From: Pseudomonadota bacterium
GTDB lineage: Bacteria; Bdellovibrionota_B; Oligoflexia; Oligoflexales; RGVZ01
Assembly (NCBI GenBank): GCA_041178085.1
Contig: JBEGVZ010000023.1
Coordinates: forward strand, 1-39,429
Length of the DNA stretch: 39,429 nt
Reading direction: 5' to 3'
Part shown: positions 1-13,036 of the stretch, piece by piece
Layout of the letters: the number at the start of each line of letters is the position of its first letter
Position numbering within the stretch: position 1 is the first letter of the stretch
Notes under the pieces: model-generated
The model's input: only the letters and a program-made list of their open reading frames with translations
The model's database searches: none
What the model was told of the DNA's origin: nothing
Translations under genes and position numbers: made by a program

Positions 1-97
1 CCCACGGGCCCCTCAGGCCGCCTAAAACTGTATCGGAGGGGAACAAATTGATAGAATCTTTGAGAAAACACGACTTTCATCTGCAGGCAACGGGAAA

Positions 98-1267
98 ATG
101 GCTTCAACGCATCTTTCATGTCTGGTCGTTACAACGTTGCTGGCATCAGCAATGGCGACTGGCTGCAAACTGGGGAGCCAGGAAAGCCGCATCAGCAGGC
201 GTAGCGAGTACAAGATCCTCAATCCAGACCCGGTTTCGGTAGACCGCATCGCCGACGGGACGTCGATCCAAATCCGCTTCACCACCAAGACACCGGCCCT
301 CTGCGAGCTATTTTATTTTTCCCAGGACCCGGAAGGAACGCCCCCCGAATCAAAACCCACCCGCATCAGCTGCAGCAAGAGCGAAGAGTCGCGCACCGAA
401 TTCAACGAGACGGTCACCGGCCTGGACGCCGAGACCCTTTACAATTTCGGTATTTACGTGTGGAGCGATGGGAGTCCCAGGGAAAAAGGCGAGGCGCTCA
501 TTGTCCGCGAGAAAAGCAACAACAGTGGGGCAATTCGTCTCAAGGATGGAACGTTTTCTCAAATCCTTGTTGCGCGATTCAACAGCACACTCAGGACGGT
601 TGCATTCCAGCGGATCGGCCTCGAGCCCCCGCTCAAGGCGGATGCCATCATGGCGAAGTCCCTGATGGCAACGGGCTGCACCCCGCTTCTTGACCAACCC
701 AATTGGACAGGACGGGCAAACCAGTTACCCGTGGGCCTGACAGCCTTCGCCAGCCGGGGGTTCGCAACAGCAGAAGGGGCCTCGTCCGAAAAGAGGATCA
801 TAGCCGTTTTCAATACCCTGCAATACGGCAATCCAGAGTGGGAGTGGACCTACCAAACCCCGGAAAGAAGCAATGTGCTGGTCAAGGCCAGGCCACCAGG
901 AAGGCTCACTGCGGTAGAAGTCTTCCAGTCCCAGAGGGCCGCGATCCCCGAGGTCAAACTGTCGGATGCAGAGACAACAATCCGGCTTGAAACAAACGCG
1001 CCGCTGAATGTGTCCTGGCAGTGGGATAACCTGCCAGCGCATGCGCGGGTTCACCTTTCTCTGGGCAGGCCGGGTGATACGGGCGCCGTCCGCTGTACTT
1101 TTGACCCCAAAAGCGGCCGGGGCGCAATCCCGGTGGAAAACCTTGCTGGCCTGAGCCCAGGGAAACAAACCCTCATGGTTGAGCTGGAATCCATTAGCTT
1201 CCAGGCATTTACGGGGTGGCTTGCGCGGTCGATTGACTGGCGTTCCATCCGCGTCGAGAAATCATGA
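98..1267 (+). CDS. Hypothetical lipoprotein with a fibronectin type III-like N-terminal domain and an Ig-like C-terminal domain
   Basis: 389-aa ORF. Hydrophobic N-terminus ends in a lipobox-like AMATG-C. Fn3-like motif 'TVTGLDAETLYNFGIYV'. C-terminal beta-rich segment 'PLNVSWQW...VRCTFDPKSGRGAIP..L..LSPG'. Stop overlaps the next start (ATGA, 1264-1267). Confidence 0.75.
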   Translation: MASTHLSCLVVTTLLASAMATGCKLGSQESRISRRSEYKILNPDPVSVDRIADGTSIQIRFTTKTPALCELFYFSQDPEGTPPESKPTRISCSKSEESRTEFNETVTGLDAETLYNFGIYVWSDGSPREKGEALIVREKSNNSGAIRLKDGTFSQILVARFNSTLRTVAFQRIGLEPPLKADAIMAKSLMATGCTPLLDQPNWTGRANQLPVGLTAFASRGFATAEGASSEKRIIAVFNTLQYGNPEWEWTYQTPERSNVLVKARPPGRLTAVEVFQSQRAAIPEVKLSDAETTIRLETNAPLNVSWQWDNLPAHARVHLSLGRPGDTGAVRCTFDPKSGRGAIPVENLAGLSPGKQTLMVELESISFQAFTGWLARSIDWRSIRVEKS

Positions 1268-2415
1268 AACGATTGAAAGGCGACCTCAAGATGTTCCGAT
1301 ACTCGACAACTTTCCTCGCCAAAGCTGGCCTTGCTTGCTTCTCGTTCATTTTGCTGTTGTCCAACCCAGCCTATGCACAAAACGTCTCCAAGATCATCGC
1401 CGACAAGGGCTGGGTACTCGCATCTTTCAAGGATGCGTCCGTGTTATCGGTTGGCCAGAGCGCTTGCCTGCTCGATACGGCGGGGACCACTGTCGCCTGC
1501 GGCAAGGTGATCAAGGTCGCCAAAACGGTCGTCGTCATCAAAACGTCGCCCATCAGCGCCGCTGCGCAGGTAAAGCCGGGCTTCAAGGTGGAGGCGGGTG
1601 AGGGCGACAGCGCCGCCAAGGCTGATGCAGCGTCAGCGGCAGGTGGCAAAAAAACTGCGAAAACATCAAAGACTGCGACCACCAGTAAATCCGCGGGGCG
1701 AAGCAGGATCCGCTTTTATTCCGGCATGGGCCTTGGCGTCGCGTCGATTTCAAAAGTTGGTTACAAGGCGCCTGGTTCTGGCGAAACAGGAGTCAAGTTG
1801 TGGGAATCGCAAAGCACACCAGTCAATTTTGAAAAAATTGGCTTTGGTGCCGAGTTTGAAACCTCCCGTGCGGGCACTTTCGGTTTTCGGCTTGCCGTGA
1901 TGGGAGATGCGAAGCCCCAATTCGCAAGCACACTCATCCTGGAGACCGACTATGACCAGACCAACCGCCAAAAATATGTCTCGAGTGAACACACGCACAC
2001 CGTCATGGGCATTTATTACGACTATGCATTTCTGCAACCTGCGCCATCAAAGAGCGGCCTGAGGATCTTCAGCGGTCTTGACCTGGTAAATTCCGTTGCG
2101 AAATTCACCGGTATTCTGAAGAACGAAGCTGATTCCAGCGATACTGAAATCGCCACACTTGATTCAACCTTGTCCGTCATCTCACTCAGGACCGGGCTGG
2201 AATTTCTGCTTCGATTTGGCAGGACATTTGAAATGGGACTGGGACTGCGACTCGCCGTCCCGCTAGCTGGAATCGGCTTGAAGCAGGAAACAACCATCAA
2301 CGACCCGAACATCGCCAAATCAAGCGATGAACAAAAAGACTTGAAAGACGCCCTGACTCACAAGAAGAACACCTTTGGCGCGGTGATCCCGCTGTCGATG
2401 TCGATTGCCTTCTAA
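1264..2415 (+). CDS. Hypothetical secreted protein, probable outer-membrane beta-barrel with a small N-terminal domain
   Basis: 383-aa ORF (alternative ATG at 1291). Signal peptide ending 'PAYA|Q', a Cys-pair domain, an Ala/Lys/Thr/Ser-rich linker, alternating amphipathic beta-strands, and a C-terminal Phe ('IPLSMSIAF') typical of BAM substrates. Confidence 0.75.
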   Translation: MKRLKGDLKMFRYSTTFLAKAGLACFSFILLLSNPAYAQNVSKIIADKGWVLASFKDASVLSVGQSACLLDTAGTTVACGKVIKVAKTVVVIKTSPISAAAQVKPGFKVEAGEGDSAAKADAASAAGGKKTAKTSKTATTSKSAGRSRIRFYSGMGLGVASISKVGYKAPGSGETGVKLWESQSTPVNFEKIGFGAEFETSRAGTFGFRLAVMGDAKPQFASTLILETDYDQTNRQKYVSSEHTHTVMGIYYDYAFLQPAPSKSGLRIFSGLDLVNSVAKFTGILKNEADSSDTEIATLDSTLSVISLRTGLEFLLRFGRTFEMGLGLRLAVPLAGIGLKQETTINDPNIAKSSDEQKDLKDALTHKKNTFGAVIPLSMSIAF

Positions 2416-3563
2416 AAAAACCTGCAGGTTGAGAAAGAGACGGGAATACCGTCTGGGTTTCCGGCGAGCAGGGCGTCTGCGACCCGCCCCGCCAACCAGG
2501 GGGCCAACTGCAGGCCATTCTTGTAGAAGCCCGTAAAAAGCCATATACCTTTCCGCCCATCTGGGCTGACCGGACCACAGACGGGCGCCCGGTCTTTGCA
2601 TCGCAACCGGATTCCTGACCTTGTCACCGACGCCCCCACAGACGAATTCTGCAGATCTGCGGCTGGAAGAAATAAACTAGCTTCTTGCGCAACACCTGGC
2701 AGAAAATCCTGTTCATCTCCTTCCCAAGACCCCGCGAAAATATTGCCAGCCGGCGTGAGTGTGACGGATTTTGTGCCGCGCACAAAAGACGAAACCAACC
2801 TTTCGCCCGGTTGGAAATACGGAGCGACAAAAGTTCTTCCTGAAGGAGGAGCCCACTCAATCGTTTGACCGGGCACTTCCTTCCAGCCCGGGATGGTGAG
2901 CAATCTGACTGACGCAGGGGCGGAGGCGAGCAGCTGGGGTGCTTGCCAGCCATTGGCCAGGACAACATGCCGGGCAAAGATGCTCGAGCCGTCATCCAGC
3001 TTTGCCTGCGTTGGTTCTCCCGAAGACAGGGATACAACCCGTGCACGGATTCGTGTTACCTGCTCCCCACGGGTTCTGCAGAGAGCCTCTTCCAGCGCAT
3101 CGAGCAGACCGCGAGGGTCAAACCAGAAATCCCCTGGATAGAGCAGACCGTTTATCTTTGCCTCGCCGAACGTGCCAGCAAGCACTCCAAAAGCACCGTG
3201 GAACCTTCGCTGAAAAATCCTGCCGGCAACACCCTGATACGCTGGCAGGTCGGGACACAGTTCGCCAACACCGCAATGATTCTGAGCTATCGACAAGCCT
3301 GCGGAGGCGGAAACCTCCGCCAACCAGGCCGGCAAAAACCGGTGCGCAGAAAGCTTCGCATGAAACAATGGTTCGCGGGCAAGCAGAAGGCCTTTGATGG
3401 CACTGATGCCCTGTGCAACCGGTGTAGCGGATCCCGCCACATGTTCTGACGGGGCAATCACGGCGACCCTGATGGAACTTCTGCGGGTCAGCTCAAACGC
3501 AAGTGAAAGACCAGCGATACCTGCGCCGACAATCACAACATCCAGGGGATCACTTGCGCTCAC
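2412..3563 (-). CDS. FAD-dependent oxidoreductase, DAO / glycine oxidase (ThiO) / MnmC1-like family
   Basis: Rossmann motif 'DVVIVGAGIAG', plus 'VVLANGW', 'SGIRLRCKDRAPVCG' and 'GFYKNGLQLAP'. Start re-called to GTG at 3563, which overlaps the upstream stop (GTGA); the ORF track start at 3701 overlaps the upstream gene by 142 nt. Confidence 0.85.
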   Translation of the reverse strand: MSASDPLDVVIVGAGIAGLSLAFELTRRSSIRVAVIAPSEHVAGSATPVAQGISAIKGLLLAREPLFHAKLSAHRFLPAWLAEVSASAGLSIAQNHCGVGELCPDLPAYQGVAGRIFQRRFHGAFGVLAGTFGEAKINGLLYPGDFWFDPRGLLDALEEALCRTRGEQVTRIRARVVSLSSGEPTQAKLDDGSSIFARHVVLANGWQAPQLLASAPASVRLLTIPGWKEVPGQTIEWAPPSGRTFVAPYFQPGERLVSSFVRGTKSVTLTPAGNIFAGSWEGDEQDFLPGVAQEASLFLPAADLQNSSVGASVTRSGIRLRCKDRAPVCGPVSPDGRKGIWLFTGFYKNGLQLAPWLAGRVADALLAGNPDGIPVSFSTCRFF

Positions 3564-4651
3564 AATGCCCGCCAGAGGATATCCAGAATCTCCCTCCGGA
3601 ACTCCCTGATCAGCGGATTGACGCGTCCGCTGCAGGTCCGGTTGGTCAAAACAACGGCATAGTGGTCGGGATGTTCTGCTGCAGAGGCACTTGTCACCCA
3701 AAATGCTGTCCCGGTAAAACCAAGATGCCCCATGGCCGCGCCACCACCAAATGGCCGCGCTGCGGGATCATTGCCCTGCCTCCAGCCAAGGAGGCTTTCA
3801 TTTTTGAGGTCCCCGAGCTCGGCAGCCTGCAGGTCAAGCATGCGCCGCCCCGCCGCTGAGAAGTGCATGGCGCGAAGAAAAGTCACCAGCGCCCGCCCGG
3901 AACCAAAAAGCCCTGCGTGAGCGCAGCGACCGCCCAGTGACCAGGCATTTTCGTCATACACTTCGCCAACCAAATCCCTTTGGCGAACCGGGCACCAACC
4001 CGTAGGGATGCAACGTTCCCGGCGCGTTTCTTCGTTGAAGTCCGGGGCAAAACCGAGGTGTTGAGAAGCTGGGGACAAGTAATTGAAATCGCCACAAATA
4101 ATCTTAAAAATATCAGTTAAATTAGCCCGATATGTCCTTTCCAGAAATACCCCCAACACCAGGAACCCGATATCCGAGTACCGGTTTGTGGGTTGGCCGG
4201 AAATCGCCGCGGCAGCGCCGTCCAGATTTTCAAACACCGGCTGTTTCTCAAACGAGCCGTCGTCCCGTTGACACTGGACGTAAAAATTCCGCCACGCTGG
4301 AAGACCTGATTCGTGCCGCAAGAGAGCGCGGGGTGTGAACTCAAAAAGGCGCGAGGGAACACCAGCAAACCATCCTGGATTGCCGACCACAACGGGCGCC
4401 GTCGCAAGGGGCTCATCCAGGAGCCATTGGCCCTCTGCCACAAGTTTCAAAACCGCCGGCGTCGTCACCAGCGCCTTGGTCAGGGAGGCTAGATCAAATA
4501 CATCGCGGTGGTCTGGAAGAAGAGTTGCCAAAACATTCGGCTCGGGCTTTGCCAGCTGACCCGTTGCGACAAAGGCATGAGTGAACAAGCCGCGCTTTCG
4601 CCAGCTGTCAAGAAAGGACTCCAACTGCAATTCACCTGCTGCGCCGGGCAT
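3560..4651 (-). CDS. Serine hydrolase of the beta-lactamase class C / YfeW-AmiE(YbbE)-like family
   Basis: SxxK 'FDLASLTK', 'YSDIGF', 'GEVYDENAWSLGG..HAGLF', 'GHLGFTGT' and 'LTNR'. ATG at 4651 (TTG 4654 alternative). No signal peptide evident. Confidence 0.85.
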   Translation of the reverse strand: MPGAAGELQLESFLDSWRKRGLFTHAFVATGQLAKPEPNVLATLLPDHRDVFDLASLTKALVTTPAVLKLVAEGQWLLDEPLATAPVVVGNPGWFAGVPSRLFEFTPRALLRHESGLPAWRNFYVQCQRDDGSFEKQPVFENLDGAAAAISGQPTNRYSDIGFLVLGVFLERTYRANLTDIFKIICGDFNYLSPASQHLGFAPDFNEETRRERCIPTGWCPVRQRDLVGEVYDENAWSLGGRCAHAGLFGSGRALVTFLRAMHFSAAGRRMLDLQAAELGDLKNESLLGWRQGNDPAARPFGGGAAMGHLGFTGTAFWVTSASAAEHPDHYAVVLTNRTCSGRVNPLIREFRREILDILWRAL

Positions 4652-6131
4652 CAAGCTCTTCTTTCAAAATCTCGTTCATCAACTGGGGGTTCATCTTGCC
4701 ACCGCAAAGTCTCATTGCCTGACCCACGAAGAACCCAAAAACTTTCTCCCGCCCCCCAAGATATTCGCCGACCTGGCCGGGATTGGCATCGAGGACCTGT
4801 TTGATGGTCTTGCGGATCTCCGCGGTGTCGGACACTTGGACCAGACCCTGAGCTTCCACCATGGCTTTTGGCCCCTTGCCAGGACCATTCTCTGCCATTT
4901 CTTCAAACAATTTCTTGGCAATCTTGCCAGACACAACACCCTTGCCAATAAGCTCGATCAGTTCACCCAGTTCATTCGCTGTAACGGGCGGGTTGCCAAG
5001 GTCCCACTCGCGGCTGTTCACCTCACGCAAATATTCCGTGGTGACCCAGTTGGCGACAATCTTCTCCGGGACAGTCCCACCCACACGCCGCAAGACTGCT
5101 TCGTAAAAGTTTGCCAGGTCGCGGTCTGCTGTCAAAACAGCTGCATCATAAAAAGAGAGCCCATGTTTTTCCTGAAATCGCCTGGCCATTGCCTCGGGCA
5201 ATTCCGGGAGGACTTTCCTCTGCGATTCAATGCGCTCTACCGGAATTCTCAGGGGGAGCAAGTCTGGATCGGGAAAATAGCGGTAATCTTCGCTTTCTTC
5301 TTTTGATCGCATGGCCTGAGTCTTGCCGCTGGCGGCATCAAAAAGCATCGTCTGCTGAACAACCTTCTGACCGTGATCAAGCAAGTCCGCCTGACGCAAA
5401 ATCTCGTACTTTATGGCACGCTCGATATTGCGGAAAGAGTTCAGATTTTTTATTTCGCAGCGCGTGCCATATTTTTCTTCACCCCGCGGACGAATCGAAA
5501 CGTTCGCGTCACAGCGAAAGGATCCCTCCTCAAGGTTGCCATCACAGATATCAAGAGAACGCACGATGGAGCGCAAGCGCCGCAGATAATCGGCTGCATC
5601 TTCCGGACTGCGAATATCGGCGTGACTGACGATCTCGATCAACGGAACCCCGGCGCGGTTCAAGTCGATGTAACTGGATTCATCGCCGTGGATGTTCTTA
5701 CCGGCGTCCTCCTCCAGATGGGCCCGCATGATCCGGATCACCTTGCCGCTGGCAAGGGCGAGCCTTCCGTCCGAGCAGTAGGGTCGATCGTACTGGGTGA
5801 TCTGGTATCCCTTGGGCAAGTCAGGATAAAAATATTGTTTCCGCGCAAAAATGCTCGTCTCATGAACCTTCGCGTCCACGGCCAAGGCGAAACGAACTGC
5901 AAAATTAACCGCTTGTTCATTCAATGCGGGAAGCACGCCTGGATGACCCAGGCATACGGGACAGGTGTTGTGATTCGGTAGCGAACCAAATTCGGTGGAG
6001 CAGCCACAGAAAAGCTTCGACCTGGTTTTCAGCTGGCAGTGGACCTCAAGCCCAATGACCGGCTCATAACGGTCGAGTACCGTCTGCTCAGAGGCACGGG
6101 CGGGCTTTGTGCCAATCGGTTGCGCGTTCAT
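4632..6131 (-). CDS. gatB: Asp/Glu-tRNA(Asn/Gln) amidotransferase subunit B
   Basis: 'YEPVIGLEVHCQL', 'RKQYFYPDLPKGYQITQ', 'HLEEDAGK', 'EGSFRCDANVS', 'DYRYFPDPDL'. ATG at 6131 has GGAG about 10 nt upstream. Confidence 0.97.
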   Translation of the reverse strand: MNAQPIGTKPARASEQTVLDRYEPVIGLEVHCQLKTRSKLFCGCSTEFGSLPNHNTCPVCLGHPGVLPALNEQAVNFAVRFALAVDAKVHETSIFARKQYFYPDLPKGYQITQYDRPYCSDGRLALASGKVIRIMRAHLEEDAGKNIHGDESSYIDLNRAGVPLIEIVSHADIRSPEDAADYLRRLRSIVRSLDICDGNLEEGSFRCDANVSIRPRGEEKYGTRCEIKNLNSFRNIERAIKYEILRQADLLDHGQKVVQQTMLFDAASGKTQAMRSKEESEDYRYFPDPDLLPLRIPVERIESQRKVLPELPEAMARRFQEKHGLSFYDAAVLTADRDLANFYEAVLRRVGGTVPEKIVANWVTTEYLREVNSREWDLGNPPVTANELGELIELIGKGVVSGKIAKKLFEEMAENGPGKGPKAMVEAQGLVQVSDTAEIRKTIKQVLDANPGQVGEYLGGREKVFGFFVGQAMRLCGGKMNPQLMNEILKEELDARRSR

Positions 6132-7578
6132 AGGCGTAGGCTCCAGTGAGCAAGGACTTTTCGTTGAACTTCCTGGCAATAAGTTGCATGCCGACCGGCA
6201 AACCGGATGTGGTCAAACCGCAAGGAACAGAAATTGCGGGAAGGCCGGCAAGGTTTACGCCTATCGTACAAACATCCGAAAGATACATGGCGACAGGATC
6301 TGACAATTTTTCGCCGAGCTTGAAGGGCGGAGTCGGTGAGGTAGGCGTCAGGATCAAGTCGCAGCCAGAATCAAATACGGCCGAAAAATCCCGGGTAATC
6401 AATTCACGCGCCTTGTTTGCCTTGGCATAAAAGGCATCGTAATACCCAGACGACAAAACGAAAGTGCCTAGCATGATCCTCTGCTTGACCTCGCGCCCAA
6501 ATCCCTGGCTTCGGCTTGTCCGGTAAAGTTCTTTCAGAGTTTTCCTGCCTGCACCTTCCGCGCGGTATCCGTAACGGACTCCGTCAAAGCGGGCAAGGTT
6601 GGCCGACGCTTCGGCCGTCGCGATGACATAGTATGCAGCCACGCTGCTGGCGATGTTGGGCAAGCGCACCTTTTTTACGGTTGCCCCCGCCGCCTGCACT
6701 TCACCGATGGCCCGCTCAAGGCAGCGCGCGACCTCGGGGTCTACGCCCTTGTCCAAAAGTTCGTCCGGCACGCCTATTGTCCGCCCCTTGAGCGATGCCG
6801 TCGAGAGCGCCGCGGCAAAACCCGACTGGGGATGGTTCACAGAAGTGGAATCACGCGGATCAAGCCCGGCAAGGACATCGTAGACCATAGCCGCATCTTC
6901 GACCGTGGTCGTCATGGGGCCAATCTGATCCAGCGAGGATCCAAAAGCCACCAGGCCGAATCTGCTGACCGAACCGTAAGTTGGCTTCAGTCCAGTGATA
7001 CCGCAAAAGCTGGCCGGCTGGCGGATGGACCCACCTGTATCCGAACCAAGTGCGACTGGCGCCAATCCCGCTGCGACTGCAGCACCTGACCCCCCCGATG
7101 AGCCGCCTGGGACATGATCCAAATGCCAGGGGTTTCGTACTGGGCCAAAGGCGGAGTTCTCGCTCGAACTCCCCATGGCAAATTCGTCCATGTTGGTTTT
7201 GCCGAGGACAAAGGCCCCGGCTGCACGCAGGCGGGATATTACTGTCGCATCATACGGGGCGACGTAGTTCCCAAGCATGCGGGAACCACAGGTGGTCTTC
7301 GATCCCCTGACGCAAATGTTGTCCTTGATCAGAACTGGAACACCAGCCAGCGGCAATTCACTGACGCCCTTTTCCCGGATCAGCCGGTCGGCCGCACGAG
7401 CCTCTGCGATGGCTGCATTTTCATCAAAGTGAAGGTGGCTGTTCAGCTGTTGATGGGTTTGCCTGGTCCGCTCAAGGAAAGACTTTGCGACCTCTTCGGC
7501 ACTTGCTTGACCCGCCTGAAGCAGGCCAACGATTTTTTTTGCCGTCAGTTCGCTGCAAGGAGTTTGGGTCGCCGCCAT
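6088..7578 (-). CDS. gatA: Asp/Glu-tRNA(Asn/Gln) amidotransferase subunit A
   Basis: Amidase signature 'IKDNI', '[13 protein letters not shown]', 'PGGSSGGS', '[12 protein letters not shown]', plus '[11 protein letters not shown]'. Lies between gatC and gatB. Confidence 0.97.
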   Translation of the reverse strand: MAATQTPCSELTAKKIVGLLQAGQASAEEVAKSFLERTRQTHQQLNSHLHFDENAAIAEARAADRLIREKGVSELPLAGVPVLIKDNICVRGSKTTCGSRMLGNYVAPYDATVISRLRAAGAFVLGKTNMDEFAMGSSSENSAFGPVRNPWHLDHVPGGSSGGSGAAVAAGLAPVALGSDTGGSIRQPASFCGITGLKPTYGSVSRFGLVAFGSSLDQIGPMTTTVEDAAMVYDVLAGLDPRDSTSVNHPQSGFAAALSTASLKGRTIGVPDELLDKGVDPEVARCLERAIGEVQAAGATVKKVRLPNIASSVAAYYVIATAEASANLARFDGVRYGYRAEGAGRKTLKELYRTSRSQGFGREVKQRIMLGTFVLSSGYYDAFYAKANKARELITRDFSAVFDSGCDLILTPTSPTPPFKLGEKLSDPVAMYLSDVCTIGVNLAGLPAISVPCGLTTSGLPVGMQLIARKFNEKSLLTGAYAYERATDWHKARPCL

Positions 7579-7595
7579 GATTGACTCTATGTGGT

Positions 7596-7901
7596 TTATT
7601 CGATGATTCGCGGTACCTGAAACGCCGTGCCGCTGTGCGCGGGAGCCTGGGACATGGCCTCTTCGACTGGCAGGGAAGGGGTCACGACATCCGACCTTTC
7701 CGGAGTCTCCGGGGTTTCGCCGCGCAAGATGTCACCCCGCCAATCCTTGCCAAGAGCTTGCGCCGTGTCTAGCTGGTCAACGTAGTCCAGGATCCTCGCA
7801 AGCCGCCCTTGGTAAAAGCAAACTTCCTCTTCCGACAAATAAAGATTCGCAAGGTCAGAGACCTTGCGAACCAGTGATTCATCGACGTTGATCCTGGTCA
7901 T
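7596..7901 (-). CDS. gatC: Asp/Glu-tRNA(Asn/Gln) amidotransferase subunit C
   Basis: 101 aa with 'VRKVSDLANL', 'ILDYVDQL' and C-terminal 'AP....AFQVPRII'. Immediately upstream of gatA. Confidence 0.93.
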   Translation of the reverse strand: MTRINVDESLVRKVSDLANLYLSEEEVCFYQGRLARILDYVDQLDTAQALGKDWRGDILRGETPETPERSDVVTPSLPVEEAMSQAPAHSGTAFQVPRIIE

Positions 7902-7917
7902 GAAGACCGTGCCTTCC

Positions 7918-10368
7918 TTATACCTCTTCGCCCTCGAACTGCATCACTTTGCAACAACTGATGATTCGTTCACCATCTTCTACGTTCATCAGACGGACCC
8001 CCTGGGTCAAGCGACCGATGACGCCGATCTCGCCCACGGTGAAGCGCATGACTTTCCCAACAGATGTCATGATCATCAGGTCGTCTGTTTCTGCCACCTG
8101 AACGATGCCAACAACGGGTCCGTTCCGGTCAGTAACCTTGATGGTGTAGATGCCCTTACCACCGCGCGACTGGACACGGTATTCCTCAAGCGGCGAGCGT
8201 TTTCCGTAACCATTCTCGCAGATCGAAAGAATCGTTGAGTCGCCGGTGATAACTTCCATGCCAATCACTGAATCATTATCTTCTGAGAAACGGATGCCTG
8301 TCACGCCGCGAGATGCGCGCCCCATCGGACGGGCTTCGTCCTCATTGAAGCGGATTGCTTTGCCCAGACGGGTTGCAATCAAGACGTCACTCTTTCCGTC
8401 CGTGATCGCGCAGGCGACGAGCGTATCGTTGTCCTCGAGCTTCAAACCAATGATGCCGCTTGAGCGGATGTTGGCATAGGCCATGAGCTCAGTCTTTTTG
8501 ATGAAGCCTTGCGCCGTCACCGACACAATGAATTTCCCTTCCGAAAATTCCTTGACCGGGAGAACAGAAACAACCCGCTCTTGCTCCTCGAGCTTGATAA
8601 TGTTCGCGAAGTGCTTGCCGCGGGCCCGAAGAGGCGCTTCCGGGATCTGGTAAACCTTGATGTCGTATACGCGTCCTTTGTTTGTGAAACAGAGGAGAGA
8701 CTGGTGGTTACTCGAAATGTAGAGGTCTTTGACGACATCTTCTTCTTTCGTAAGCATCCCGCTCTTGCCCTTGCCGCCACGTTTCTGAGCTCGGAACTGA
8801 CTGAGTGGCGTCCGTTTGGCGTATCCCCCGTGGGTGATCGTCACGGCCACTTCCTCATCCGCGACAAGGTGCTCCATCCTGAGTTCGTCAGCTTCGGATG
8901 GGATGATTTCGGTACGACGACCGTCGCCATGAGACTCTTTTAACTCGAGCAAGTCAGCCTTGATGATGGCTGTGACTCGTTCCGGGCGATCAAGGATGTC
9001 ACGAAGGTCGGCGATGAGCGCCATTGTCTCATTGTATTCCTGAACGATTTTTTCACGCTCCAGGCCCGTCAACTTGGCAAGACGCATGTCCAGAATGGCT
9101 TTGGTCTGGATATCGGTCAGTCCGAAGCGCGCAACCAACTGTGCATGGGCAGCCTGGCTGTCCTCGGCAGCGCGGATGATGGCAACCATTTCATCGATAT
9201 TCTCAACGGCGGTCTTCAAGCCAAGAAGGATGTGGCCGCGCGCCTCTGCTTCGCGAAGCTCAAAAGCTGTGCGGCGGAGGATCACCTCACGACGATGCTT
9301 ATAGAACAGTTCCAGGAGTTGTTTGAGGTTCAAGATCCTCGGCGCGCCGTTGACGAGGGCCACCGTATTGACACCAAAGCTGCTTTGCATCGGAGTCATC
9401 TTGTACAAATTGTTCAGGACAATGTCGGCGACTTCCCCGCGCTTGAGTTCGATGACCACGCGGATCTCATCTGCCGCGGACTCGTCCCGAAGGTCCGAAA
9501 TCCCTTCGAGCTTTTTGTCACGAACCAGCTCAGCGATGCGTTCGATAAGGCGCGCTTTATTCACCTGGTAGGGAATTTCCGTGATCACAATCCGTTCACG
9601 GCCTTGTGATTTTGGAACTTCTTCAATCTTCGTGCGCGCGCGGATCACAATTGACCCGCGGCCTGTCATGAATGCTTCCTTGATCCCGGCCATGCCGTGA
9701 ATCTGTCCCCGAGTCGGAAAATCTGGACCCTTTATGTAGTTCATCAACTCGTCAATGGTGATGTCCGGATTTTCAATCAGTGCCTCGAGGCCTTCGACCA
9801 CTTCACGCAAGTTGTGTGGAGGTATATTAGTGGCCATGCCGACTGCAATCCCCGCAGCGCCATTAACAAGTAATTGCGGCAGCTTGGTCGGGAGAACGAG
9901 GGGCTCTGTTTCTTTGTTGTCGTAGTTGGGTCCGAAATCGACCGTCTCCTTTTCGATATCGGAAAGAAGGAGTTCAGCCATCTTGGCCAGCCGCGATTCG
10001 GTGTAACGCATCGCTGCTGCAGAGTCGCCGTCGATAGAACCAAAGTTACCCTGGCCATCGACCAAGGGGTAACGCATTGCGAAATCCTGAGCCAGACGTA
10101 CGAGTGCCTCATAGACCGCGGAGTCGCCGTGCGGATGGTACTTACCGATCACATCACCGACGATACGTGCTGACTTCAAGTAGGGCCGGTTGTGGAAGTT
10201 CTTCAGGCCGTACATCGCATAAAGGATCCGGCGATGAACTGGCTTGAGTCCGTCCCTGACGTCCGGCAATGCGCGAGAAACGATGACGCTCATCGAATAA
10301 TCGAGGAAGGAGGTTCTCATCTCCTCTTCGATATTGATCGGCTTTACGTTCTTGACTGCTACTTCCAT
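7918..10368 (-). CDS. gyrA: DNA gyrase subunit A
   Basis: '[19 protein letters not shown]', '[12 protein letters not shown]', catalytic 'AAMRYTE', GyrA-box 'QKRGGKG', and C-terminal beta-pinwheel repeats. Confidence 0.98.
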   Translation of the reverse strand: MEVAVKNVKPINIEEEMRTSFLDYSMSVIVSRALPDVRDGLKPVHRRILYAMYGLKNFHNRPYLKSARIVGDVIGKYHPHGDSAVYEALVRLAQDFAMRYPLVDGQGNFGSIDGDSAAAMRYTESRLAKMAELLLSDIEKETVDFGPNYDNKETEPLVLPTKLPQLLVNGAAGIAVGMATNIPPHNLREVVEGLEALIENPDITIDELMNYIKGPDFPTRGQIHGMAGIKEAFMTGRGSIVIRARTKIEEVPKSQGRERIVITEIPYQVNKARLIERIAELVRDKKLEGISDLRDESAADEIRVVIELKRGEVADIVLNNLYKMTPMQSSFGVNTVALVNGAPRILNLKQLLELFYKHRREVILRRTAFELREAEARGHILLGLKTAVENIDEMVAIIRAAEDSQAAHAQLVARFGLTDIQTKAILDMRLAKLTGLEREKIVQEYNETMALIADLRDILDRPERVTAIIKADLLELKESHGDGRRTEIIPSEADELRMEHLVADEEVAVTITHGGYAKRTPLSQFRAQKRGGKGKSGMLTKEEDVVKDLYISSNHQSLLCFTNKGRVYDIKVYQIPEAPLRARGKHFANIIKLEEQERVVSVLPVKEFSEGKFIVSVTAQGFIKKTELMAYANIRSSGIIGLKLEDNDTLVACAITDGKSDVLIATRLGKAIRFNEDEARPMGRASRGVTGIRFSEDNDSVIGMEVITGDSTILSICENGYGKRSPLEEYRVQSRGGKGIYTIKVTDRNGPVVGIVQVAETDDLMIMTSVGKVMRFTVGEIGVIGRLTQGVRLMNVEDGERIISCCKVMQFEGEEV

Positions 10369-10410
10369 CTGGATCCTCTTGGTGCAGCTTCAACGCCGCA
10401 CGTCATTTGA

Positions 10411-13026
<2,616 letters not shown>

Positions 13027-13036
13027 TTAACCAGCA

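Noticed and set aside
3560..4651. Possible beta-lactam resistance gene
   Set aside because: No signal peptide, and the motifs match cytoplasmic esterase/amidase members of the fold rather than AmpC (no KTG; HLG instead).
10108..10140. Quinolone-resistance substitutions in GyrA
   Set aside because: QRDR reads 'HGDSAVYE', retaining Ser83 and an acidic residue at 87.
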